Positions 42,601 to 55,274 of a DNA stretch of 64,000 nucleotides are shown here, piece after piece (the stretch's first letter is position 1; each line of letters starts with the position of its first letter). This DNA comes from Oikopleura dioica (Eukaryota; Animalia; Chordata). The stretch lies in contig OU015567.1 of NCBI GenBank assembly GCA_907165135.1, forward strand, positions 14,198,001 to 14,262,000, read 5' to 3'. A program made the position numbers and the translations under genes. The notes below the pieces were generated by a model. That model was not told where the DNA came from, made no database searches, and saw only the letters and a list, made by a program, of their open reading frames with translations.

Positions 42601-45600
42601 AATGATTTCCATAATGGACGACGGTCCATAACTCAACAGCTCAAGCGAAGTCAGTGTGATGACTCGGCCGGATGCAATGAAGTTGGATTTAATCCCTACG
42701 AATGGTCCTTTGAACCAAGTGCGAATCTCAAGTACCCGCCACAAATGCTCACAAGAGGTCAATCTGATCAAGTTAGAATCGACATGCAAGGCTCAACTCC
42801 AGCTTGTACTGACCCTTCGAAGTGCCTCACTTGCTACAAATGCTCCTATGTCTTGTTTGAAATCGATGGAGTAGTGACTGAATCCGGCACTGCATGCAAA
42901 GGCGACCAAGACACCAGTTCACTGGACCTCATTCCAGTCTGGAATACTTTCTGCTGGCCCGAACTCGCTGATGTTGGATATGATGGAATTCACGGAAGCT
43001 ACGACAACCTAGAATGTCACGAAGAACAGAGCTTGCATCAGATGACCTGCGGAGTCGACACTTCCGTAGATCGATTTGCAGGCGCTGGAACTAAAATGCT
43101 TCAAGTAAATCGCTTCTACGCCGGTTTTGCTGGAACGTATGAATTCGGAATCCCTGAATTTGGTGGTGTCTACAATATCCTTAAAGAAACAAACGTCGTA
43201 GGCAAATGCCCCGGCAATAACTGCAATGACATCGCTCTTGATCAATCTTTGCCGATCCTGGATCTTAGTAATGAGACTTACTGCAAGAGTTGCTTCTATC
43301 AACGAGCCGATAATGCATACACTCTTTACGGAAACTTTGGCGATGAAGATTGCCTCGATAATCCAAGAGATGTTGGCTCTGGAAGATGCAATGAAAATGA
43401 AGTGTGTACTATCAAAATCAATCAAATCGCACATAATCTCAACAATCTCAATCCAGGTCTCAATTCAAGAGTCGATACTATCTCTCGTGGTTGCATCCCA
43501 TGGCGCATCCCAGGACTCCGACCAGAAGTGCAAAGTGACATAAACCGAATCGTCGTTTGCTTGACCAACGAATGCAATAGTCTCCTGGTTGACTTTGACG
43601 CAGAAGACCTTATTCAACTACCACAGGCTGGATCTTGGGATCAACCAATTGATCCCGCTCTTGTGCCATTCTCTTGCGGAACATTCGATAACGAATGTAT
43701 CGGTTGCTTGAGTTGCGAGTCTGATCATGCTGATCCTTCAAACGCGGATATCTGCAGATACAGCCCTGAGTTGATTACAAATGGAATCTTCAGACGACGC
43801 TATTTTGATCCGTTGAGATCTGACTGGGTCATCAACCAATGTTCAACAAGAACAGCAACTATCAGCGGCCCTCTCGGCAATAGAATCAACATCATGGACC
43901 GGGGAGTAAGCCAGAGTGAAGCAGGAGTCGAGGATTCTTCCTACACTTCAACACTTTGCAAAGGTCACATGTGTAATGGCCAAGAAGAAGTAGAAACGCC
44001 AGCGAGCCCGAGAATGTGTTTCTTGTGTCAGAACACTGCTGAATGTAGAAGTGGCATTTTCGATGAAGTCGCGGCAGCAAGACAAAGTGAGTTCTGCAAG
44101 AGTGGAATTTGCGAGACAAGATGGAGTGGAGAAAATGTCATCAGGAGATGCGTTGACAGTCCGGTCATTCTTACCTACGCAAACGATATATTCAGCACTC
44201 AAGAGGAGACAACTCCATTCAATGTCACCGTCGAAGAACATGTAGAAACTTGCGAGGGAAATTCTTGTAATTCGAAATTCGTTGGCGTCGACAATCAAAT
44301 CTACGACGAAGCACCAGCATTCGAGCCAATGGAAGAGCCATCTCCAGTTCCAAGACCAGAGTCATGCGATGATCCACTGAACCCAGGTGTTGATACAGAT
44401 CTCTGCATCAAATGCTACAACTGCCAAAACGTCGTTGACGAAATTGACATCCCCGATGACGTTGCTTGTTACAACCAGTTGGATTCAGCTTTTGAAAGTT
44501 ACTTCTTCAAATCAACTGCTGGAATCCCAACGATGTGTGGCCTCCGAGTTGACAAAAAGGTTTCTACCGATGGTTACCATTATGTCATCAAAAGAACAGC
44601 TTACAGTGGAATTGACCCATTGAGTGTGACCGATGAGAAAAATCATCGGCTAGAAATTTTCAGATCGAGCCACTTGAATTGCAAGGATGAACTCTGCAAC
44701 AGTTACGCAATCAACGAGCTTCCAGTTCCTCCCATTCGTCTACCAAGATCCACAGACTCGAAAAATGACGGTCTTCAGTGCTACAACTGTACCTATTCTA
44801 CCGACATTGATGGCGGCAACACAGAATGTGCCTTTGATCCATCCTCAGTCGCAACATGCGGACCAGCCGAGTACTGTGACCTTCGTGTCACTGAAACTAT
44901 CGATTTTGAAACAAGTACCTTCGTTAACTCCCAGAAATACGAAGTAGAACGACAATGCAAACCTCAAATTTACTATGGTTCTTTCTTTTTCAATTCTCGA
45001 ACAATTGAGACATGGGCTTGTCTTGGAGATTTATGTAATGGACAGACTGAGGATGCCCAGCCGCCACCTTACCCAGATGTGCCGATAAGCGATGAAAGGT
45101 GGCAAGAGCCGATTCCAAGAGACGAAGTCGCCACGATCTGTAACTGGGTTGATTGCATCGAGTGCCTTACTTGCGACATCAGCTACGCTGTGAACCAGAA
45201 CAAGCCCGGGCAATCTGTTCTCGAAGAACAATGCACCACCGAATCTTATCGAGCAAATTATCTGAATAGAAGACAAACCTCTAGCCTCTGGTACAACCAG
45301 TGCTCTGTGCAAAATGGAATCCGTGTTATTGGAAAAACACCAACTTATTTCCTGAAAGCTGGTGTCGCTCGAACCGATGAACCAGGCAAGGTCATCAATG
45401 GTTTGCTCAAGAAAGTAACTAAGTTGACTGAGGCACGCGAGTCTGTAAGAGCACTCATCTGTGATGTTTGTGATGATGCAGTCAGCTGCGAAGCACCGGA
45501 GGACACATGTTTTGCAGATAATGGAGTCTGTGCGGCTGTAACAGAAACAGAAGATGGAATCGAAAAGTTGACTAGCAAATCGTGCGGTTCTTACCAAGAA

Positions 45601-45888
45601 GCTCAGCTTTTCAACAGCGGTGTCGATGAAATCGTTGAAGATTTTCAAACAGAAACCTGTGCCGAATCGGACTGCTTTACGACGAATGATATTGCTGAAA
45701 AACCGGAGTATCATCCAGAGCCTCCAACAACTGAACCACCAAGCACCCAATCTTCCTCAACACAATCGTCTACCCAGTCTTCTTCAACAGAATCCTCCAC
45801 CCAGTCCTCGACCACAACCACCTCCAGCGCCAAAGAAATCATGCTTAGCTCAATTTTCAGCGTTCTTGCTGTTGTTTTATTTTTCTAG
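39652..45888 (+). CDS. Giant (about 2000 aa) secreted, probably GPI-anchored protein of tandem Ly6/uPAR-like Cys-rich modules; one frameshift at 41167-41171
   Basis: Signal peptide MHRKLAFASLVGAILA; at least 14 modules beginning CxxC and ending C-x(3-5)-CN; S/T-rich stalk and hydrophobic tail IMLSSIFSVLAVVLFF; introns at about 39719-39760 and 41598-41674. Confidence 0.8.
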
Positions 45889-46226
45889 ATAAATTCTATA
45901 TTTTCTTATGTAAATCGCTATCTCTGTCCTACTTTTATCGAAGTCAAAAGTGCGATCGATGTCTGCATGACGAAATTCAACTGTACATACGACTGTACAT
46001 ACGCATACGATTATGCAATTTCCGAGAGGGCAATCCGTTTTGATGGGGAATAAATCTTTGGACATGAAAACAAATGTTGCATTTTCAGATTCACTATATT
46101 TGACAGGATTTAAATGCGTGTAGAAATAATTGCACAAATAAATGAGAGTTCTTTCTGGCAGGCTCAGGAGTCTTTTTCGGCTTCTGAAATGATTAATTCA
46201 TGTTTCCGTCGAGGGCAAGTTTTTGA

Positions 46227-47432
46227 CTAACCGATTGGAACGCGTTCGGGGGAGATCGCCCGGTCAGCCGAGGCAGAAGCCAAAGAGGAAACTGTGGAGC
46301 GAGATTGAGTGCGTTTCGCTTTGTTAGAGGCGTTACTTTGCACTCGTTCAGGCTTCTTTCGGATCGGCTTGGGGACTTTGTCTTCCTGAAATCACAATAT
46401 CAATAAGTGAGGATAGCTTTTAAGACTTACGGCGTTTTTCTCGAAGCAAATTTTTCGGACGCGATAGTCGAACTTCAGTGTCTGGCAGATTTTAAAGAAC
46501 TTCGAGTTCTTTCGCTTTGGTCTGTGCCGATCCTCGATCAAAGGATTATCTAGACATAAGAAATGAAAACAAGGAAGAGAGTGATTTTTCTTACCGGCTT
46601 GATAGAAGTCCGAGTGGTGGAACTCGTGCCATCGCCCTTTCGAATTAAGGTTGTACTTTTGACAGATTTTGTCGAGCTTTTCGAAGAAATCGTCAACTAA
46701 AATTTGTTGAGCATAAGATGTAAGAGGTTATTACTTACGGACGTGAGATCGCTCGTTCAAAACGCGATCCTCCTCCAAATTGCAACAGCCGATTCCGTTG
46801 AAGCCGTAAATGTGCACGAGATTGTGCTCAAGTCGGTTTGGCTGTCCGGGGATAAAGTCGTCCTGGTAGCTTGGTGGACGGTAAGAAGCAAATTGTCCGT
46901 GACCTCTTGCAAACTGAAATATTCTTGAGTAAAGACGACCCTAACGTTTGCTTACCAGGAAGAGGAGCTCGAAGTTAACGAGTATCGTTTCTCCTTGATT
47001 GTGATCGCCCCACTGAATCGCTTCGAAGTCTTCGTCCCATACCTGAAGATAACTTGCATTTTTTTCTAAGAATCAGACTCTTACCGCTTTGTAGAGAAAA
47101 TAAGGAAAGATTTCGTGTCGCTGAATTGAAGTCAACCAGGAGAAGTCGCCAGAAGGATCAGTGAAAGTCCAGTGAATGATATCGTTTCCCATTCGTAAAT
47201 CATCGACGAGGAGATATTTGATGATCTCCTTAATCTTCAGGTCGACTGGAACGATGTTGTAAGGCCTTGGATCGTCCAAATTCAAAAACTTTCGCTTGGG
47301 CATTTTTGAAGCAACATCGAATTGCTGCTTTTGAGCGGCAGACAAGGGCTGGAGTTCGAAGCCGAAGATGTTGATCTCTGGGTCTTCTTTGATTTGGGTG
47401 CTGGTTTCTTCTGCGTTGCTGGCGGACTGCAT
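46227..47432 (-). CDS. Uncharacterised multi-exon protein (about 350 aa)
   Basis: Consecutive open exons bounded by GT-AG (MQSASNAEE...FLYKA|VWDEDFEAIQWGDH...|FARGHGQFASYRPP...|DDFFEKLDKICQKY...|EDKVPKPIRKK...stop). No family recognised. Confidence 0.6.
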
Positions 47433-47857
47433 CTCTCGTTGATCTGAGTTAGGAGTGAGGGTTCTCCGCGATGCTTAGCTTAGACATAGTCTAAATTTCT
47501 AGAGAAAAATATTGCATGCTCGCCTCTTGCAATGAGTCTCTCCGACATCAATATCATTATTTTTTGTAAATTCATGAATGATTTACGAAGAATAACTGAG
47601 GTTCGCTTTCTAGGTTCATTTAATTCTACTCGTAAAAACAGCGTTCCAATTTCCCCTCTTATCAAGTCGTTATTTTATTAACCCGCTGATCGGTTTTCTT
47701 GGGCAAGATCGATTAGTTCAGCGCGGTTAAGAGAACATATTAGTCGAGATAATATTCAAATCAGCAAAATAAGATAATTTTCTGACTACACTAGAGGCGC
47801 TAACATACAAAATTGGCGAGAGCTACCCTAGAATCATTTTACGTTTCAGTCTGCGAA

Positions 47858-50800
47858 ATGAGATTCTTGGCGGTGATTGTCGGGATTGTACGAGAAAATC
47901 AAAAATATAGAGATGGACGGACTTTATCTTTATTCAGGTTGCATTGGAGCTGACTCAATCACATGAAAGGGACCCAGATCAAGTTTTTCTTCCCGAAGAT
48001 GATGGTGAGGAGCCTATGCGAATCGCTGATGCACGTGGTAATCAAGGACCTTATGAAGATCTAATGATAGCTCCATGGCAAGTTCCGATTCTTTCCGAAA
48101 ACTTCGGTATGAAGCTGGAACACATGCGAATCGACCACAATGGGCTGTCAGAGCCACCTGGAATGGAAGGACGAGCGATTCCAACCTATATGTACTCGAA
48201 AAATTGGGACTTTATCGATGAAAAAGGTCGAATTCGCGTTCCGTATTACATTGACCACACGGTACCAGAGGAATACCACGCAGGAATCCACGAAGGTCTA
48301 CTTGAATTCAATCGAGCTGTCGGTTGCATTGAGTTTTACTTCGATGAAGAGCGCTTTCACTGGCACGGAATCCATGTTTTCGGCGAAGACGATGAAGGTA
48401 CCAGTCCAGGATGCTGGTCTTTTATAGGACAATGTCCTAATTGCAACATGCATAAATACAACCACCAGGGGATGCGTGACGGTTGGCAACCACTTCGTCT
48501 ACCAAACTGGTGCACTGGACTCGGCGGTGTACACCACGAGTTTCTCCACGCTTTGGGCTTCCTCCATGAACAAGAGCGACCAGATGTCTGGAAGTACGTG
48601 GTAAATAATACAAATTGGCACTATCCGATGAGCAAAAATCAGTGGATCGACAGTGGCCATCCATTTGAGCCCTATTCTGGCGTGATGCCCAACGGATATG
48701 ATTTGAGAAACGGAGGTAAATACAAATCAGCGGTAATGCTCACCACCACCGATGCTGAACAACTTCACTGGCTCTACTGCAGAGACCTCGAGGTTTACCA
48801 TCCGATGCCTCCAAAAAGTCAACGTCTCTCACCAGATGTAATTGGTTTTATGCGGCCGATTTTCCATCACCGTCTGTGTGACAACTACGTCGATTGCTAC
48901 GATGGTTCAGATGAAGACGGAAGCCTTGCTGTTTGCAAAAATCCATACGGAAAAACCGATCTTGGCTGCTGCAAACGACTCAAGGGATGGGACGATGGCG
49001 CGATCTGCACTTCCAATGGAACAATGGCGAACGGAAGAGATGTATACTGGTGCGACGGAAGTCTTGCAAAGCGACTTGAGTTCCCGATCGTGGGTGGACA
49101 ATGTTCGACAGCGAAACTGGAAACGGAAAACAAGCATGGAGTTATACAGGCGACAGTGATCTTCCATGCGTAGGTGACAATGATGAGTTCGACCAATTTT
49201 TCATCTGGGGCAAGCATCAATTGAAGCTTTCTTGTCCCGTCTACGGTATAGAACGTCTTCAGCCGTGTATTGATCATAATTGTACTGATGATGAGCGTTG
49301 TGTCAACATTGATGAGACCTCGTTCTCCTGCATTCCTCGTCCAACTGTTACAACCACAACCACAAGTACAGTAAGCTCGGAAGGAACTGTTTGGTTTGAA
49401 TCGTACAATGAAACGGTTAACTACGCAGAAGCTAAAGAAAATTGCTCGAAACTCGCGCTGGATTATCCGGATACAATCGGTTTTCCATCTTTCTTCAGGA
49501 ACGAAAGAGAGTACAAGGTGTTTCGCCACCAAGTTGGCGAACGTAAAGAATGGCTCGGTTTTGAGCAACAAAATGGTGACACCACTCAATGGCTAAATGC
49601 TGATGGGTCGGAAGTTACCTTCGAACACTGGGATCTGTGGCATTCCACTGCACAGCCTAATCATGATTACCAACCATGTGTCATCACTGGCTATGGTGGA
49701 GATCCAAAATGGCATGACGTTGAATGTCATTCAGATCTCGTTTACTCCTGTAGATTCGAGTCATCTTCACTGACAACCACACCATTTACATTTACGAGTA
49801 CGACATCAACAACTGCTACTACCACAACAACCACCACAACGACAACTACAACGACAACTACAACAACAATCATTTCTGAGGGGACAGTTTGGTTTGAGGA
49901 ACAAGAAGACGTAGCAGTCTCTTACGCTACGGCGAAGGCAAATTGCGCGGCGAAAGCACTTGAATACGAAAATACTGTCGGATATCCATCTTTTTTTAGA
50001 AATGAAAAAGAGTGGGACCTCTACAGCCGTCAAGTGACTGTTCGAAGAGAATGGCTTGGACTGGAGCAGCAGGAAAATCATACAATGTGGCTTCATGCTG
50101 ATGGTTCAGAAGTCACCTTCACCTATTGGGATGCCCCCTGGCAGCCAAATCGAAATGACCAGCCGTGCGTCATAACTGGCTGGTCTGATATTCGAAAATG
50201 GCATGATATCCATTGCACCTACGGCGGAACTCGTCATTCTTGCCGCTTCGAATCATCGACACTAACCACCACTACGTCCACAACAACCACAACTACAACA
50301 TCAACAGTCATGTCAGCTGGGACCGTTTGGTTCGAAGAAATGGACGAGATAAACCTCAACTATACGATAGTGAAAGAAAACTGTGCTGAATATGCGAAAA
50401 ACTACCCAGGAACAGTCGGCTATCCCTCATTCTTCCGAAACAAGCATGAATGGGATCTTTACTCGAAAACAGTTACGCACCGCCGAGAATGGCTCGGTTA
50501 TGAGCAGAAATATTCAAATACCACTGAATTTTGGCTGAACGCAGATGGCACTGAAGCGACGTTTTTGAACTGGGAGGCGAAGTACGATCAGCCGAATAAT
50601 TACACTCAACAATGTGTTATTACTGGTTATACATTTTCGCGAGACTTTCATGATGTCGATTGCGATCATTTATTCGATGATTCAAATATAGACAAACAAG
50701 TCAAAAAACTGCACTACTCTTGTAGATTAGAAACTATCGGCACTACAAGTACGACAACAATTACGACGACCACTACCACAACAACAACTTCCACAACAAC

Positions 50801-51868
50801 GACTACAACAACAACTACAACTACAACATCGACGACAACGACGACAACGACGACAACTACGACTACAACTACGACAACGACGACAACAACATCTACAACG
50901 ACTACAACTACAACTACAACTACAACTACAACTACTACGACTACGACTACGACTACAACTACAACTACAACTACAACTACAACTACAACTACAACTACAA
51001 CTACAACTACAATTACAACTTCGACTACAAGTACGACTTCGACTTCAACTACAACAACGACTACAACGACTACAACAACTACAACTACGACAACGACGAC
51101 AACTACGACTACCACAACAACTTCCACAACAACGACTTCTACGACCACCTCGACTACCACAACAAGCACAACGACTTCAACAACTACGACAACAACTTCC
51201 CAGACATCAACACCTGCTGAAATATGTTCTGAAAGTGCCATTCCACCTGAGTTCGCAAGCTCTGGAACGTTTGAATGGGTTTGTACAGAGAAGTCGAAAT
51301 TCACCGACTGCAAGATTAAATGTGAGGGACAAGCTAAACCGGACCAAAAATTCATCATTCGCTGCAAGACGAATGACAATATCTGGACTCTTCGTAAAGG
51401 TTCAGTTCCAAGCTGTGCTCCTGAGCCTCCAAGAGCCGGATGTGAAGAGTCGACGATTCCAGACAAGTTAAAGTCTCCTGGCGGAAACTCGTGGACTTGT
51501 GTAGACAGTAAAAAGATCGAAAATGCACGGCAATTTGCGACGACGGAAGCGACAGTCAAGGATTCCAAATAAAGTGCAAGTTTCCCAAAACCGGTCAATC
51601 AACGTGGGTTAAATCAAATAGAAAAACAGATCCTCCTCTTTGTGGCGCGGAAGGACCAAAGATTTGCCACCAAGATGACATCGACGCAGATTTAATACCC
51701 GATGGTTCAGTCGTTTGGGACTGCAGCACAACCTCAAAACAAAATGTCTGTCAAGCTACTTGTACCAATGGAGCTGATGCGGATAAGGTCTACAGAGTAA
51801 AGTGTCAGAACAAAAAGAACACTTGGAAAGTTGAAAAGAAGAAAATGACAAAGATTGAATGCTCATAA
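47858..51868 (+). CDS. Astacin (M12A) metalloprotease fused to LDLa, EGF, three C-type lectin domains, a poly-Thr mucin stalk and three sushi-like modules; frameshifts at about 49084 and 51512
   Basis: Signal peptide; HEFLHALGFLHEQERPD zinc motif; CDNYVDCYDGSDE (LDLa); CIDHNCTDDERCVNIDETSFSC (EGF); three CTLD repeats (WLG...QPN...CV...WHD..C); terminal WxC..C...C modules. Confidence 0.88.
50741..51200 (+). repeat. Coding (ACN)n trinucleotide repeat giving a poly-Thr/Ser mucin stalk
   Basis: Uninterrupted ACA/ACT/ACG-rich tract of about 150 codons within the astacin ORF. Confidence 0.95.
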
Positions 51869-52339
51869 AAATTCTTTGAATAAAAAAACTTCGTGTAACA
51901 AAACAGTTTTGCCTTTATTTACAACAAAAAAGGATGAATAAGCCAAGTGGTGAGGTCGACTTTTAAGTAGATTCATTTCCATAAGCCTCGAAGAAAATAT
52001 CCTCCAAATCATCAGGATTAATATCGAGGCTCCTTGCCCGCCGATCTCGTTCCATTCTTCGCTGGCGCTTCTTGATGTAACTAGCGGCAATTTAATTTAC
52101 TGATATAAAAATCCATCCCAATCAAAAGAAGGTTGCTAGTGTGGTGTGTATAATTCATTTTGAGAGTATGTCAGAGAGTTGGAAACCTTATTATTCCGTG
52201 ACTGGAATATCTTTAATTATTAGGTGAATTTTAGCGAAGAATTAAAGTATAGAAAGTTTAGCTGCGTTTTTGGCGTTCTAATTTTCATCGCTTTACGATT
52301 TATATGGATATTTTCCGTGATGATATTTCGAGAGGTACT

Positions 52340-53096
52340 TCAAAATGATTCTAAAGTTGCTAACCTCGGAACATCAGGCGAAGAAGGCTTTGTGTTGTAA
52401 GAAGACGGACGATAAAGATCAACCTCGTCGAATCGAATGTGTCGCATAGACAGAGGACGATGCATCCCGCCGGAATGACTGTAGTCCAGCAAATGTGGCG
52501 TACTGTAGTACATTCTCGGTGCATCTATGTACTCTGGAAACTCGTCGAATTCTTTGTGCTATGTTTAATAAATAAAAATAAATCAAATTCAAGAAACATT
52601 ACCTTCATCGTCAAAACATTTGTCGAGCGATGTCGCTGGTCAAACTTTTCACTTCGGTAAGGATCGGCCTTGACAAGGGTCACGTGGCGATTTCCAAAGC
52701 CTTCATCTAACCAAATCGGACTGTTTCTTTTGCTTGGCGGGTCGAAGAAGCTTGGACTGATTCTTCTGATTTGATTTCGTCGCTTTCTTCGTATACAGTA
52801 CCAAACGATACCAGTTACTTTTGACTGATTTACAATTTGATTACAAATTTAATCTCAATTTTGAAATTTTCGATTTTTCAAATCAATCCTAAAAGCGCGA
52901 AAAAGACGCTACAGGGAATAAATATCATCATCTGTACATTTTTGTCTTTGACTAAAACACGCAAGAATAAAACTTGAATGTTTAAAACTTACTATCAACT
53001 GCCATTTTTAAAGAATAAAAAACGTAGGATTTGCAAGTCTCTTTCGATAGACAACGGAAAAACCGGCTCGTCTTTAAAAACCTTGGCCAAATGCAT
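52340..53096 (-). CDS. Small single-pass membrane protein
   Basis: Four exons give MHLAKVF...MMIFIPCSVFFALL|VTGIVWYCI-RRKRR (TM plus stop-transfer) and a Tyr/Pro-rich tail ending RLATLESF stop. Confidence 0.55.
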
Positions 53097-53542
53097 TAAA
53101 CGTGGCAGTAAAACTACTCCTCCAGATCATAAAACTGCTGAAATTATCACGTGGTTAATAGGTATATAGGTAAATTGATGGCTTTATTACTGTAGAAGAA
53201 AGAGATGATTCCGAAAGCAGGAATTTCAAAAGCAAACTTATTTTTGGGGTCAAACTTCCAAGCTTCCAAAGTGTCGCACAAAAATGTGATGTTTTTTTCA
53301 AATACGAATTATAAAGCCTTTGTCAATATTGTCCCTGACCCCATTTGTCAAGGGCATGTCTGGAGTTTTTCCCAAAAATAAGACTACATTTTTTGGTCTT
53401 GTGACCAGGAAAAAGAGGTAAGATTGGCTCGTTTTCTAGAGCACTAGTGATTTTATAATATTTTTCCTTATAGAAAAGAGAAACTTATCCTTTTTGCATA
53501 ACTTGGGCTTCAGAGTTTTGAGTAGTTTGTAGTAGTAGAGGA

Positions 53543-55144
53543 ATGAGATCCATTTTGGGTTCAAACTGGTCCAGAGTTGACGCTTTTGTACGCTTCTTTA
53601 GCTCTGGCGCCGCCTTGTTTGGCCCGAGGAAACGATTTTTCATTGCCAAATTATTGAAGCCCCAGTTTAGGACATTTTCCGCACCCTCCCCAGAAATGGC
53701 GCTGAAATCGAACGAGAAACAAGTGCTGTTAACCTTCGACCTCCCAGTCGGCAATTTCAAGGTCACTGTCGACAACTCTTTCAAAGACGTAAGTTGCGCG
53801 AGAATTAACGATGGTCAACTTGAACGATTTGACTTGGCCAACGCCTTACCCAAAGAAACTGGCTACATGCTTATGGCGAGGCAAATTGACGGACAAGGAA
53901 TCATTAAATTCGGAAGAAATGGCGGACCAGCTGAAGAAATTGATACATCCGAGCTATTGACTGGCCTCGGATCGATTTCAAAATCCCTTGGGACGGAAGA
54001 ACTCAAACTTAATTACTTGCTGATTACTCCTCTTTCATCGAAAAAGTATGTTGTATAATCTTTTCCCTCATTTTTACTCCACTCTAGTTCAAAAACAGGA
54101 AACAGATCTTGGCGAAAATCGCGTCCATTGGAAGTGGGCCATCGGGGATGCGGAAATTCTTTCAATACAAAGAACAAAGATAATGTCGTCGATCCAAGTT
54201 TGATGGCCAACGTAACGCTCGTCAATGGTTATTCTTGACTTCAAGACGCTATTTAGATCCGTGAGAACTCGATTCATTCTCTCACTACGGCGAGAACGAT
54301 CGGCAATGCTGATATGGTTGAATTTGACGTGACAATTACGAAGGATTTGGTGCCGATTATTTACCATGATTTGTCAGTTCTCCAAAGAGGGGATGAAGTT
54401 AAGATCAAGGATCTCACGCTCGAAGGTATTGCATAAAAATTCATACTTCTTGACAAATGTTTGAAGAAATGCGAAGTAGTGACGTTTGCGACATGTCCCG
54501 AAAAACCCTGACACACACGCCGACCTTTGACCTCACAGACAAAGTTCCAGGATCAGAGACGTCTCCAACTTTCGCTGCTGTTTCTGATGATGTCGATTCG
54601 GGCGTTGATTTCAATGTGGAACTCAAGTGGCCGCCGATGGACTCGGCAGAGGAGAAGGCATTCTTTGAAATCAACGACTATTGTGACAGGATTATTGATG
54701 TCGTCAGAAATAGCAAGACAACAAGAGGCATCGTTTACAGGTTAGTTTTGCTCAAAAATTCTTCTTGAAAAAGAAATTTAAAGTTCGTTCTCGCCTCGAG
54801 TGTGCGCCTGCCTGAAATTCAAGCAATCAGAATTCGAAGTCATCCAACTTGTCTGGGGCGATTCCGGACACTACGGATTCCACCACGACTCTCGAGTAAA
54901 GACCATTTCAAATGCTGCTGCTTGGTGCGAGTTTCTGGACATGGCGGGTGTCAATACTCTCGTCAACGATGCTCTGAAAAAGGACACCTTCGAGAAGAGT
55001 TTGAAGGATATTCGCGACAGGAACTTGGTCATCGGAGTTTATGGCGATTTGCTGAACTACGAAGAGAACAGAGTCTATTGTAGAAATCTCGGCCTTGATC
55101 TTGTCATTTACGATAATATCCACGTATTCAATAAAACTTCTTAG
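53543..55144 (+). CDS. GPCPD1: Glycerophosphocholine phosphodiesterase (GDE5-like); 5' end uncertain
   Basis: [58 protein letters not shown]...[11 protein letters not shown]. Confidence 0.87.
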
Positions 55145-55274
55145 ATTCAATAAACCTCGAAACTGACTGAATCTCGATTGAAAATGTTAATGAATGATGA
55201 AGACATGGCAGAGAACATCGAAAAGGGATATAATCTGCCCCTGCCATTAAAAATTCGCTTCAAGAGGAAAAAAA

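Noticed and set aside
50741-51200. Regular repeat array as CRISPR or satellite
   Set aside because: It is an in-frame Thr codon repeat in a eukaryotic gene, with no repeat-spacer structure.
27619-51514. Five single-base frameshifts (27619-27622 kelch B, 37352-37357 nested gene, 41167-41171 LU protein, 49083-49085 and 51510-51514 astacin) as pseudogenisation or programmed frameshifting
   Set aside because: All fall in homopolymer runs and the downstream frames remain intact and domain-coherent, the typical signature of long-read consensus error. Short-read polishing would decide.
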